Assembly: GCA_028712375.1 (NCBI GenBank)
Contig: JAQTQG010000006.1
Span: forward strand, 1-61,826
Source of the DNA: Candidatus Omnitrophota bacterium
GTDB taxonomy: Bacteria; Omnitrophota; Gorgyraeia; Gygaellales; Profunditerraquicolaceae
Reading direction: 5' to 3'
DNA length: 61,826 nt
A program made the translations under genes and the position numbers. Shown here piece by piece: positions 1 through 9,586 of this stretch. How positions within the stretch are numbered: the stretch's first letter is position 1; each line of letters begins with the position of its first letter. Under the pieces are notes generated by a model, which worked only from the letters and a program-made list of their open reading frames with translations, did not search any database and was not told the origin of the DNA.

Positions 1-893
1 GCAGCGGAATCAATCTTTTCTAAACCCAGATTCAGATTATAAACAGAATTCCATTTTAATTTTTGAAAAGCATCCTTTAGCTGTTTTGGCAAACTTTCAA
101 TTAAATCGGGCATTTCCGGCAAGGGAATGGTAGAAATTAGAAGATCGAATCTTGCGTTACCGCCGGAAGAAAAACTGATTTGTTTTTTAAGCAAATCGAT
201 CCGGGAAACCCGGCAAACTGTATGAATATTTTTAATCTGGCCGGCTAAAGCTAAAGGAAGCTGATCTATCCCCCCTTGCTTAGGATACCAAAAAGTAGAA
301 TTATACCCAAACTGCCTTTTATTCGGCTCGATCGTCCCATCAATTACCTCCTTCAGTGAAGGAGCGGGGATAAAACCATCCAACCATTCACAGGTCAATT
401 CACGCGGAGGATATGTCCAAAACTTAGTATTATAAGGAATCATAAAATGCCGGGCAATTCCGTTGCCGAAAGTGCGCATAATCCAATCATAAAATGAATA
501 GCGGCTACCGGTTTTTTTGTAATTATGATTATACGCTTGAATAAACCCCAAAAGGCAATCTTGAATGACCGGTTTCGGTAAACCATAAAGATTGGCTTGG
601 AAAGGATAATGAGTAAATCTGCCTGAGGAATAAATCCAGGCGCTTCTTTGATGTTTAGCTAAATTATTGCCGAGCAAATTTTTAACTAAATCAAATGCAT
701 AGCGGCGCTTAAAGTGCAGTAAATGCCCGTCACAGTCAAATATAAAACCGCCTATTTTTCTCGAACGGCATAACCCGCCTGCGGATAAACCTTGTTCAAA
801 AACCTGGCAATCAAAACCTCTTTTTTGTAAATGCCAAGCAACGCTCAACCCGGCCAGGCCGGCGCCCAAAATAAGTATCCGTTTTTTAGCCAT
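1..893 (-). CDS. FAD/NAD(P)-binding oxidoreductase (amine-oxidase / UDP-galactopyranose-mutase-like), 3' end cut by window edge
   Basis: Absent from the ORF track because it runs off the left edge. Own translation from ATG at 893 gives MAKKRILILGAGLAGLSVAWHLQKRGFDCQVFEQG, a GxGxxG Rossmann N-terminus. I translated only about the first 40 codons by hand; extension to position 1 is assumed, not checked. Confidence 0.55.
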   Translation of the reverse strand, partial: MAKKRILILGAGLAGLSVAWHLQKRGFDCQVFEQGLSAGGLCRSRKIGGFIFDCDGHLLHFKRRYAFDLVKNLLGNNLAKHQRSAWIYSSGRFTHYPFQANLYGLPKPVIQDCLLGFIQAYNHNYKKTGSRYSFYDWIMRTFGNGIARHFMIPYNTKFWTYPPRELTCEWLDGFIPAPSLKEVIDGTIEPNKRQFGYNSTFWYPKQGGIDQLPLALAGQIKNIHTVCRVSRIDLLKKQISFSSGGNARFDLLISTIPLPEMPDLIESLPKQLKDAFQKLKWNSVYNLNLGLEKIDSA

Positions 894-1179
894 TAGATGT
901 AACTCTTGTTAAAACAATAGTTTATGAACAAGGCAAGATAGTTAAAATAAGTAAAACTTATTTTTAAAAAAGCGTAAAAGTATCCGCAAATTAAAAAAAA
1001 TATGCTGCTAATCAACCGGTAATATTGTTACTTATTATACAAGGCAGGAGTGGAAATATCAAGAAATTATACGTGTTGCAGAAAAAATAAAAGAGAGATG
1101 TAATAGCTTCTTAATAAAAAGGTAAGGATATTTCTCTCTGTTAAAATTTCCGTAAAAATATCTTAATTTTATTCTTATT

Positions 1180-2295
1180 TTAAATAATAAGCATCCCTAA
1201 AAGCAGCCACCAGATAAAAGAAACCTCAGGCAGAAAAAAAGTAAAGTCCAGAAAGTTATGAATTAAAAAAACTGTGCTGGATGCTAATAAAATAGTAAGC
1301 CGATCCCTGTAAATAGGCTTTTTTAAGTTTATAAAACTAAATTTAAAAACCCTTAATATAATCCAAATCAAAGAGAGCAAGCCAAAAATCCCCATCTCCG
1401 CCAGGATTTGCAAATAAGAATTATGCGCATAACGGCTTAATTGCAGATTAAAGTTGCCCGGGCCAACCCCCACTAAAGGATGCGCCCTGATTAAATTCAA
1501 GCTCTCCTGCCAATAGCTTAACCGCATAACTACAGAAAAAGCGGGGCGCACATATTCTTTTGGGGCTCCCGAACGCCAAATAAATATAGCAATGATCAAT
1601 AAAGATATCCCGGCTAAAATAACAAGCCCTTTCCTCCCAAACCTGCCTTGCAGGCAAAAATAAACAACCCCCCCGCAAAACAGGCTGAAAAAAGCAACCG
1701 GAGATTTTGTAAATAATAAAGCAATGCACAATAGCGGAGTAACCCAGAGACGATTCTTGCCCAATAAAGTTAAAGGAATAATCATCGCCAAATACCCCCC
1801 CAGAACACCGGGAGTAACAAAGGGCAGGAAAACTCTTTTACGCTCAATGTACTCAAAAGCAAAAGGGAAAGAAAGCTTATTCTCCTTCAGGTATTCGAAC
1901 ACATGATTAAAGCCAAAAAAATACTGATGAATCGCTATAAGGCTTATTACCAATCCGGTAAAAATAACTGTCCGGATAACCGATGCTTTGTATTTTTCTG
2001 ATAAAGAAGCCCCGATAAAGAATAAGCCTAATGCACTAATATACTTATAAAGCTCGGCAAAACTGGCAGAAAAATTACGTGAAAAAATTGTTGAAATCAA
2101 CAATACAGACCAGAAAACAACGCAGGGAACTTCCAAAGCTGTAAGATCGGCGGTAAATAAACGACGGGGAATTATATATACGGCGTATGCGGTTAAAAAA
2201 ATAAGCAAAGCTGCAGAATAAACAAGATTTAGTTCCGGAAAGGCAAGCCCGCAAATAAAAGGACGTAAAAAAATCAGCAGCAAAAAAATAAGCAT
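1180..2295 (-). CDS. O-antigen ligase/polymerase family membrane protein (Wzy_C-like)
   Basis: Polytopic 371-aa protein with the motif YAHNSYLQILAEMGIFGL, typical of the O-antigen ligase domain. Confidence 0.65.
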   Translation of the reverse strand: MLIFLLLIFLRPFICGLAFPELNLVYSAALLIFLTAYAVYIIPRRLFTADLTALEVPCVVFWSVLLISTIFSRNFSASFAELYKYISALGLFFIGASLSEKYKASVIRTVIFTGLVISLIAIHQYFFGFNHVFEYLKENKLSFPFAFEYIERKRVFLPFVTPGVLGGYLAMIIPLTLLGKNRLWVTPLLCIALLFTKSPVAFFSLFCGGVVYFCLQGRFGRKGLVILAGISLLIIAIFIWRSGAPKEYVRPAFSVVMRLSYWQESLNLIRAHPLVGVGPGNFNLQLSRYAHNSYLQILAEMGIFGLLSLIWIILRVFKFSFINLKKPIYRDRLTILLASSTVFLIHNFLDFTFFLPEVSFIWWLLLGMLII

Positions 2296-2380
2296 AGCGT
2301 AATTATCTTAACAGATAAACTTAATCTTAGAAAGAATAATCCCATCTTTTGTTTTTAAACCGCCTGTTTTCCGGGCGCCT

Positions 2381-2740
2381 TTAGCCTTTAGCCAATAACC
2401 CGCCGCGGAAGATAAAAAACACGGCCGCCAGAATACATAAACCTGCCCATAAGTAATCCTGTTTTAAATTTTCTTTCATATAAAAAACCGAAAAGGGCAC
2501 AAAAATTGTTAAAGTGATTACTTCTTGCAGAATCTTAAGCTGCCCCAAATTCATTACCTGATGGCCGATCCTATTGGCAGGAACCTGCAGAAGATATTCC
2601 AATAACGCAATTGCCCAGCTTATGATTGCCGCCACAATCCAGGGCTTTTCATTATAATTTTTCAGATGCCCATACCAGGCAAAGGTCATAAACACATTAC
2701 TGCATATTAACATTATGGATGTAATAATAATCTGTCTCAT
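2381..2740 (-). CDS. small DMT-superfamily membrane protein (DUF486-like)
   Basis: About 119 aa with 4 TM helices. The track start at 2746 is GTG; the ATG at 2740 sits 8 nt after a GGAG and is preferred. Confidence 0.55.
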   Translation of the reverse strand: MRQIIITSIMLICSNVFMTFAWYGHLKNYNEKPWIVAAIISWAIALLEYLLQVPANRIGHQVMNLGQLKILQEVITLTIFVPFSVFYMKENLKQDYLWAGLCILAAVFFIFRGGLLAKG

Positions 2741-2872
2741 CTTCACTGCTCCTTCTATAGAATAAAAACTATTAAGAATATTACAACGCTGGCTTTACTA
2801 TTTATAATTCTCATACCGAAAACACAATACCTTGTTAAAAAACAGCGCGGCGACACCTTTATCCGGACAACA

Positions 2873-4846
2873 TCAATCTGCACGCCGGTATAGCTGCCAC
2901 CCTGTTTCCGGGGTAGTTAATACATGAACCGGAAAATACTGAATCAGCCTCCCCTTATCCAGGGTCTTATCTTCGTCTAAAAACGCGGGGTTAATCAAAA
3001 GATACCTGCCCGCTCCATTATAGGGAGAATTAAAATTAAAAAGCTTAACGTGGATCCGCCGGTCAAATAAAATATGGATGGCTTCGCGGCTGCAGGTAAA
3101 GACATAAACAACAGGCCGGGTTCCAGTCTGCAGAAAAAATTTATTCAGCAAAACTGCTTCCTTAAAGGTAAGCACATTTCTTTCACAGCTGCCTTTTTGT
3201 TCCAAAAATGCAATATCTCCGCGATAACGCTGCTGAGCTCCAAATAAAAATAACCCCCAATTATATTTACTAAGCCACCAGGACTGGAAAATAAACGAAA
3301 TGGCCAAACTAAAAATAAACCAAGCTCTTAAAGCTTTTTGCGGCAGCCTGCGATTACCTTCGCTAGCGGTGATTTTTTGATCGGCCATAATTACTCCGGC
3401 TAATGTTACCAATATGGTGGAAGCCAGAAACACGCGGTTAAAATGTAAACCCATGCTCCAAAAGGTAAGCTGAAAGATAAAGATAACCGCGATAAGATTT
3501 AATATTTTGTGTGACCTGCAAAAAAACGGCCAGAAGAATATACAAAAAACCAGAGGATAAGGCCATCCCATAGATGTAAATCTCGCTACGGTCATCGGAA
3601 GAAAATTTAAGAAGTTGAAAACTCTAGCCAATAGTTCTAAACCGGTGCTCAAAACAAAAACTAAATAAACCTGCAAAATAACCGGCGGCAATCCCGTAAT
3701 ATTATAAGAGGACTTAAGCTGCTCCATAGTTAATGTATAAGCGCCGTTCTGAAAAGGCCAAAAACACTTTGTCGGATAAATCGGATTACCGTATAAAACA
3801 GTATTCGCCCAGTATCCCGGCGCAGAGATAAATACAAAAATAACCGCCAGCGCTAGCACTTTAAATAAAGAAATCGTAACGCGTTTAGACAGTTTTATTA
3901 AAAAGAAAACGGCAAAACTTATGCATAACAAGACAGGAATAATCCCGGAAAAACGGTTCCCAAAAGCGAAGGCGGAAACCAATAAAGCGGCTAGCGAAAG
4001 ATAAAAGGCAATGCGGCAGGATTCTAGCGTTTTCTTATTACGCCAATAAATAACAAAGGACATTCCGATAGACAAAAATGCAGCTAACTCAAACATCATC
4101 ACCACTGCATCAATTTTTAAAGAAAGCGCCAGGTAAGATAAATCCGGAGTACTTAAAAACCCCGCCAGAGCCGCTAATGACCAAAAACGGCTTACTCGAA
4201 TAAGCCTTAAAAAAGTATATATACCAACACTGCAGAATAATAAATTAAACAACCGGTTTAACCGTATTAAATAAGTATCATTTGCCAATCCAAACAATAA
4301 AGCATCCCAGTTTTGCGCCAAATGTGAACGCGCGAAGGCAACAAACATATCCTCTTTAACAATATCCCGGAAAGTCCTGCCTCCTGCAATCAGTTTAGAC
4401 AAATACCCATAATAAAGTGTTTCATCCATATCTGACCACGGTAAAGTCATCCGGTATAAATACATGCATAAAAGAATGGTTAAAAAAACCAATATAATTT
4501 TTTCTTTAGCATTAAATCTGTACGGGGCCTGGAATAAATTAAGCTGCGTATAATTACGGATAACCGGCCAACTCACCAGTAAAAAAATAAACCCGATTGT
4601 GCTATTTAAAAAATACCTGAAGAATAAAGAAACGTTGGTAAAATACCCCCACACTAAAATAACAGACATCAACCCGCTGCTTACTGCCCAAGCCAAAAAA
4701 GACAAAAATAAAAAAAAGTATACACGCTCCCTATCGCTGCCGGAAAAACTTTTCCTATAAATTTCTCGGCCGTATTTACAAAATAAATTCAAAGTGGCAA
4801 GATAGAAACCGCATACAGTAAAAATAGCTGATAATAAATTAAACAT
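2873..4846 (-). CDS. large polytopic membrane protein, possibly a GT-C-fold glycosyltransferase
   Basis: 657 aa with more than 12 predicted hydrophobic helices and a soluble C-terminal region. It sits among other GT-C-like genes; no sharp motif was recognised. Confidence 0.35.
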   Translation of the reverse strand: MFNLLSAIFTVCGFYLATLNLFCKYGREIYRKSFSGSDRERVYFFLFLSFLAWAVSSGLMSVILVWGYFTNVSLFFRYFLNSTIGFIFLLVSWPVIRNYTQLNLFQAPYRFNAKEKIILVFLTILLCMYLYRMTLPWSDMDETLYYGYLSKLIAGGRTFRDIVKEDMFVAFARSHLAQNWDALLFGLANDTYLIRLNRLFNLLFCSVGIYTFLRLIRVSRFWSLAALAGFLSTPDLSYLALSLKIDAVVMMFELAAFLSIGMSFVIYWRNKKTLESCRIAFYLSLAALLVSAFAFGNRFSGIIPVLLCISFAVFFLIKLSKRVTISLFKVLALAVIFVFISAPGYWANTVLYGNPIYPTKCFWPFQNGAYTLTMEQLKSSYNITGLPPVILQVYLVFVLSTGLELLARVFNFLNFLPMTVARFTSMGWPYPLVFCIFFWPFFCRSHKILNLIAVIFIFQLTFWSMGLHFNRVFLASTILVTLAGVIMADQKITASEGNRRLPQKALRAWFIFSLAISFIFQSWWLSKYNWGLFLFGAQQRYRGDIAFLEQKGSCERNVLTFKEAVLLNKFFLQTGTRPVVYVFTCSREAIHILFDRRIHVKLFNFNSPYNGAGRYLLINPAFLDEDKTLDKGRLIQYFPVHVLTTPETGWQLYRRAD

Positions 4847-4959
4847 ATTTAACTCTTCCGGATTTTCCTAAACCTTATTAATGCAATTATTTTTCTTTTT
4901 CTGGCCTGAGCGTTGTTCCATTTTAGGGCACTGCCGCTTAACTGCCTAAAAATTATTAC

Positions 4960-5979
4960 TCAACGTTGAGAAGAATTAATCAAATTGTTAGACACATAAT
5001 CATATACCGCTTTCATAGCAGCGTGGGATTTTTCCCCCTTGCTATGAATTTGGTCTTCTTTCGATATTCTTAAATCATACATGCTTTGCGGCAAAAGATG
5101 TTGATGTAAATCAAGATAATCAATATGAACGGTTTTTACAGCGCGCATAATTTCTGCGTATTGCTGCTTTTCCAAATCATTATACTCATTAAGCGGCTTT
5201 AAATACGGCCAGATTACCGCAACCAGGCGAAGGTGCCGGGCGTCGCAAATGTCTTTAATACCGGCTAAATAATCCGCTCCTTCACTACCTTGCGGATCAA
5301 TATCTGCCTTTGCGCTCTGTAAATTCATCAAGTAACGATTTAACCTCAAAACTAAAAACCGGTAAAGATAAGAATGCTGCATAAGAAACAAATTCGGCGG
5401 GTATCTCTTCAGTAATTCACTACTTACATAATAACTGCAGCGGACGACGCCATGCTCATCTTTATAATAAACACTAGTATCAATGCCGAAATCATTCAAG
5501 CACAAAAAAATAAGCACCGAATCCGGATGATAACTCAAGCCTTTATATTTCAAATACAAATAATAGCGCCTGACATCATAACCGCCCACGCTACCATTCC
5601 AAATTTCAAAATTATATTTTACGCGTAAATAATCATTGCTATTTAACAGATCCTCCAGAAAATCCGTATCCAACCCCTCGCCTACAGAATCGCCAAGGAC
5701 CAGTATGCGGTAGGTATTTATGTTTTTTTTCAGCGGGTATTGTTTGCTCACTAATCCATACGAATTCATCCCAGAAAAATTTGGTATATTCTCATATCCT
5801 AATAATAATGCCGGGCGCTTGCGCCACATCAACTTACTTAAATATTCATCAGCATATGGCTTATAAGAATTTACCTGATACCCAAACCCCGGATTTGCCC
5901 GCAAGAATAACTCAAGAGAAACTAAAGCGGCTGCGCTCCCCATAAATAAAAAAAGTATAATAAACAACATTCTTTTCAT
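4960..5979 (-). CDS. SGNH/GDSL-type hydrolase with N-terminal signal/anchor
   Basis: Block I ILVLGDSVGEG, block III CLNDFG, and a C-terminal D-x-x-H (EDQIHS). Confidence 0.6.
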   Translation of the reverse strand: MKRMLFIILFLFMGSAAALVSLELFLRANPGFGYQVNSYKPYADEYLSKLMWRKRPALLLGYENIPNFSGMNSYGLVSKQYPLKKNINTYRILVLGDSVGEGLDTDFLEDLLNSNDYLRVKYNFEIWNGSVGGYDVRRYYLYLKYKGLSYHPDSVLIFLCLNDFGIDTSVYYKDEHGVVRCSYYVSSELLKRYPPNLFLMQHSYLYRFLVLRLNRYLMNLQSAKADIDPQGSEGADYLAGIKDICDARHLRLVAVIWPYLKPLNEYNDLEKQQYAEIMRAVKTVHIDYLDLHQHLLPQSMYDLRISKEDQIHSKGEKSHAAMKAVYDYVSNNLINSSQR

Positions 5980-6323
5980 ATCTGCCTGCTTTAGATTCTG
6001 CTGATCTAAATAATATATTAATTCCGGACTAACCCTCTAACTAAAGAGGATAGTTTTTAAATAATTCTTACTTACTCCGGGGGAAATTAACCAGTTGGAT
6101 TTATTTAATTTATTTTCATAATTTTGGCATGGTCTTATACTCCTCAAGCGCGGCATTACTACAGAGTATAATCTTTGGCTAGACAACATATAAAACGCAG
6201 AAAACTCTCTAAACATCTTAATATGGCTTAACTCTGCTGGGGATCAAAAAAGCTGCTTTGTCTGGTACCGCTATTAATAATAACAGTAAAATTTCACAAA
6301 AATTAATGGCAGCTAAAAACAGG

Positions 6324-7241
6324 CTAAATTCCCCGGGCAAGCTGCCGGCGTGATTTAAAAAAGAAAAATCCCACCACGCCGAAGGTGAGCACCGGAGACG
6401 CCCACTCCGGGATATAGATTCCAAAACTTTTTAAGATCATAAAAACACCCAAGAAAAGTACCGAATACATAGCTCCGTTTTTCAGATAGATATATTTCTT
6501 CACCCGTTCAATATTGCCTGCGGTAAGCTGACGCACAACTAAAGCGCCTAAACCGTTACCCACCAGGATTAATGGTATTGAAAACGTGAAGGCAAAAGCC
6601 CCCAACACTCCATCAATAGAAAAAGTAGTATCAATTACCTCCAAATACAGGATCTTACTCACGTCGGAGGCCGAAGAGCTTACCAGTTGTTTTTCTTTTT
6701 CTTCGGCGCTGGATTTAAATCCATGGGTAATAAAAAAAGCGCTGGAACCAACCACCGCCCCGAAAGCCATCAAAGGATGTTTTTGTAAAGCAAACCAAAC
6801 AATAGCACACAAAATAAGGGAAGCTACTGCGTAAAACCAGAATCCGTTGACATAAAAAAATTTCTCCGTGGGTAAGCCAAAATTTTTTTCTTCTAAAAAC
6901 AACCATGAAAAAAACAAAAATACCAAAAATACCCCTGCGCCAATAAGCAGTATTGGGCCGGACTCTTCTATAGCAGAAATAGCTTGCGGGTCATTGGAAA
7001 ATGTAGCCGTCAACGCCCCGTAAAAACCCAATTGAGGAGCAGTGCACCAAACAATCATCCAGGGCAGGAGACCGCGTACTACAAATACGGCAAAAACAAT
7101 ACCCCAGGATAAAAACCACCGCCTGGCCCAAGTTTGCATCTTAGAAAGCACTTCAGCGTTAATAATCGCATTATCAATGCTGCTAATGGATTCAAACAGG
7201 CAAAGCCCGAAAACTGTAAGAATGATTGTAAATATGTTCAT
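6324..7241 (-). CDS. integral membrane protein, DUF475/TerC-like
   Basis: Polytopic protein with YLEVIDTTFSIDGVLGAFAFT. The track start at 7295 would overlap the tRNA-Gln gene, so the internal ATG at 7241 (MNIFTIILTV) is preferred. Confidence 0.5.
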   Translation of the reverse strand: MNIFTIILTVFGLCLFESISSIDNAIINAEVLSKMQTWARRWFLSWGIVFAVFVVRGLLPWMIVWCTAPQLGFYGALTATFSNDPQAISAIEESGPILLIGAGVFLVFLFFSWLFLEEKNFGLPTEKFFYVNGFWFYAVASLILCAIVWFALQKHPLMAFGAVVGSSAFFITHGFKSSAEEKEKQLVSSSASDVSKILYLEVIDTTFSIDGVLGAFAFTFSIPLILVGNGLGALVVRQLTAGNIERVKKYIYLKNGAMYSVLFLGVFMILKSFGIYIPEWASPVLTFGVVGFFFFKSRRQLARGI

Positions 7242-7260
7242 TATGACGGGAAGATAGATT

Positions 7261-7334
7261 TGGTTGCCCCGCATGGACTCGAACCATGATAACAAGATCC
7301 AGAATCTTGTGTCCTACCATTAGACGACAGGGCA
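7261..7334 (-). tRNA. tRNA-Gln(CUG), CCA encoded
   Basis: Hand-folded cloverleaf: TGCCCTG/CGGGGCA acceptor stem, GTC/GAC D-stem, CAAGA-TTCTGGA-TCTTG anticodon arm, CATGG-TTCGAGT-CCATG T-arm, then ACCA. Confidence 0.85.
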
Positions 7335-7569
7335 ATAAAACTATTGAATTTTGTCCTACCTCCCGCCAAAAAGACGGCGGGATTTCGCTGTATATAAAAC
7401 CAAGGTGCTCAAATTAGACGACAGGGCAATAAAACTATTGAATTTTGTCCTACCTCCCGCCAAAAAGACGGCGGGATTTCGCTGTATATAAAACCAAGGT
7501 GCTCAAATTAGACGACAGGGCAATAAAACTATTGAATTTTGTCCTACCTCCCGCCAAAAAGACGGCGGG
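7319..7569. repeat. 2.7 tandem copies of a 94-bp unit, each beginning with tRNA-Gln nt 1-16 plus its upstream leader
   Basis: attagacgacagggca... recurs at 7319, 7413 and 7507 with by-eye perfect identity. A decayed further copy lies near 7640-7680. Confidence 0.9.
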
Positions 7570-7913
7570 TCCTTGCACTAAACATAAGGATTTCACTAGA
7601 TTCTTATGGGTGTTCAAATTTCGCCAGAACAGAATTCATCGGGCTCAAATTAGACGGCAAAACAATGAATTCATTAACCTACTATACTAGCTGCACTCAC
7701 AATTACTATTCTTAATGATAAAATGAGCATAACGCATTGTCATTTCCAATGATTTACACATTAATAATTATCTTAAGCTATTTTAAGTCTGCACCCAACA
7801 TAGCCAGATGCGAGCGGAACTCCAGCGTAAGCCATGGAATCGAAAATTAATTATACCCGCTCTTTTTAAGGCTGTAAAGAAGGATTTTCCTTCACCCTAA
7901 AACACATAAATAC

Positions 7914-9557
7914 CTACTCCATTAGGTATTTATTTTTAAAAACATACACATTTGTTATGCCCGCAGATTCCTTGCACAAAGCATTATCCAGGTAAAGTTT
8001 ATCTTTTTTCCCGGGAAAAGAATAATGAAACTTTACAATTTTTAATAATATGAATTTATCAAAATTTTGCTTAAAAGATTTGTATAAATATTTTGTATGG
8101 TTCCAAGCGTACTCCGGCAGGATTTCCTCAATAATCAAAAAATCACAACGGCTTATCTGCCTGCTAAAATCATTATTTATTTTTTTATCAGGCATAAAAT
8201 AAGCCTGGTCAATTACTGTATTATAAAGTTTAACGGGCATTTTTTTAACTATGCGCAGATAATCAAGCGTAGCAATAATCCGGGGGTCTTGGGCAATAAG
8301 CAAAATTTTTATTTTTTTCCTATGCGCAGACTGAACAAAATTATCCGATATAATCTTTATCACCTCTTCCATCCTGTTTTCCCAATCCCCTTCATTAACC
8401 ATCGAAAATAAACCGCTTTCAATTATGCTTCCTCCCGGGACAACGGATGAATTCCTGAAAAATCTATAATCGGCCGGGAAAAGATACCCGAATGAAATTA
8501 CCAAATACTGAATGACGCCGAATAAAACTAAAATCCAAACCAATAATTTTCTATATCTTATAAAAGCAAATACAAATCCTGCTATAAGAACGGCAATATA
8601 AGTAAAAATTGGTAAAATAAAACGATCTTGCTTATTAACCGACAGTGAAAAAATTACCAGCAGCCCTATAACCATCAGGGGAAGAAAATATTTTCCTCTT
8701 TTAAGATGGAAAATCAGGCTGGCGAAAAAAAGTAAGAAGAAAACCCAAAGAAGCTGGCGATTAATCAAAGCCTCCAAATAAAAGAATGGATTTAGAAAAG
8801 TCCTTTCTTGAAGATTGTTATACAAATCTGGTAATCCGCTGCGCAAAACTTTAAAGTAATAACCAGCTGCGATCGCTCCGGCGACGAAAATTAAAAAAGC
8901 AAAGTTTTTCATAATTTTTTTATTTGTTAAATTTCCTTTCTGCAAGAAGAAATACGCTGCAATCGGCAAAAAGAAAATAAAGTATGCCTGTTTGGACAAA
9001 GCACCTAAGCCGATAACAATACCGGTAAGCAAGGAAAATCTAAAGCTATCGAATTGGTTTAAAACAAATAAAAAGAACGTCAGCGCCACCATTGCAGATA
9101 AAGCAAAATCAATTATCAAAACCCTTGATAAAGCAAAAACGGATGGGAATACCGAAACTAAAAAGGCTGCGAGGATACCGGTTTTATAATCATACAATTT
9201 TTTACCAATCCCGTAAGTAGCAAATAATAAAATCGTAAAATAGAGCAAATTTGACATGATCACATTGTTTTTATCAATACCAAGGGCGAGAAAAGGGCTG
9301 GCCGTAATAAAAAATAGGGGCGGTTTTAAATCCGGAGCAAACAAAACATTGCAGGCATTAAGGATAGAGTCAAAGTCTAATCGAATATTTTTTAAAGTTT
9401 TAAAATTATGGTTTATAAAATCAAAATAAATAACGCCATTGACATCCAGGCAATATTGGCTTTTATTTAAAATGGCATAATTGCTTAAACCCTGAAATAA
9501 AATAAGGATAAAGATAAAAAATGCCGCTAATAGTCTTTTATCGAACCGCTTAAACAT
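7914..9557 (-). CDS. GT-C glycosyltransferase (family 39/83, ArnT/PMT-like)
   Basis: 547 aa. The N-terminal polytopic region has an ArnT-like segment (KPPLFF...YGIGKKLY...AAFLVSVFPSVFALSRVLIIDF) followed by a soluble C-terminal domain. Confidence 0.65.
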   Translation of the reverse strand: MFKRFDKRLLAAFFIFILILFQGLSNYAILNKSQYCLDVNGVIYFDFINHNFKTLKNIRLDFDSILNACNVLFAPDLKPPLFFITASPFLALGIDKNNVIMSNLLYFTILLFATYGIGKKLYDYKTGILAAFLVSVFPSVFALSRVLIIDFALSAMVALTFFLFVLNQFDSFRFSLLTGIVIGLGALSKQAYFIFFLPIAAYFFLQKGNLTNKKIMKNFAFLIFVAGAIAAGYYFKVLRSGLPDLYNNLQERTFLNPFFYLEALINRQLLWVFFLLFFASLIFHLKRGKYFLPLMVIGLLVIFSLSVNKQDRFILPIFTYIAVLIAGFVFAFIRYRKLLVWILVLFGVIQYLVISFGYLFPADYRFFRNSSVVPGGSIIESGLFSMVNEGDWENRMEEVIKIISDNFVQSAHRKKIKILLIAQDPRIIATLDYLRIVKKMPVKLYNTVIDQAYFMPDKKINNDFSRQISRCDFLIIEEILPEYAWNHTKYLYKSFKQNFDKFILLKIVKFHYSFPGKKDKLYLDNALCKESAGITNVYVFKNKYLME

Positions 9558-9586
9558 ATAATTACGCCTGCTGCCTTAGAAGTAAT

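Noticed and set aside
6218-6424. A 68-aa minus-strand ORF, and similar nested same-strand ORFs (1448..1729, 6715..6906, 16297..16485, 18222..18410, 25924..26136, 32167..32379, 47245..47433).
   Set aside because: They are out-of-frame overlaps with well-supported longer genes on the same strand and have no independent signals.
7319-7569. The repeat arrays at 7319-7569 and 58096-58325 considered as CRISPR arrays.
   Set aside because: The units are 94 and 106 bp and are directly abutting, without unique spacers. No cas genes are present, and the repeats contain tRNA fragments.
7261-7680. The tRNA-adjacent repeats considered as att sites of an integrated phage or island.
   Set aside because: The duplicated segment is the 5' 16 nt of the tRNA plus upstream leader, not the 3' part. 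No integrase or phage genes are nearby, and the duplications are tandem rather than flanking an insert.
7445-7690. An 81-aa plus-strand ORF across the tRNA-Gln repeat array.
   Set aside because: It is simply a read-through of tandem repeat DNA, so the same peptide segment repeats. It has no SD and overlaps tRNA-derived sequence.
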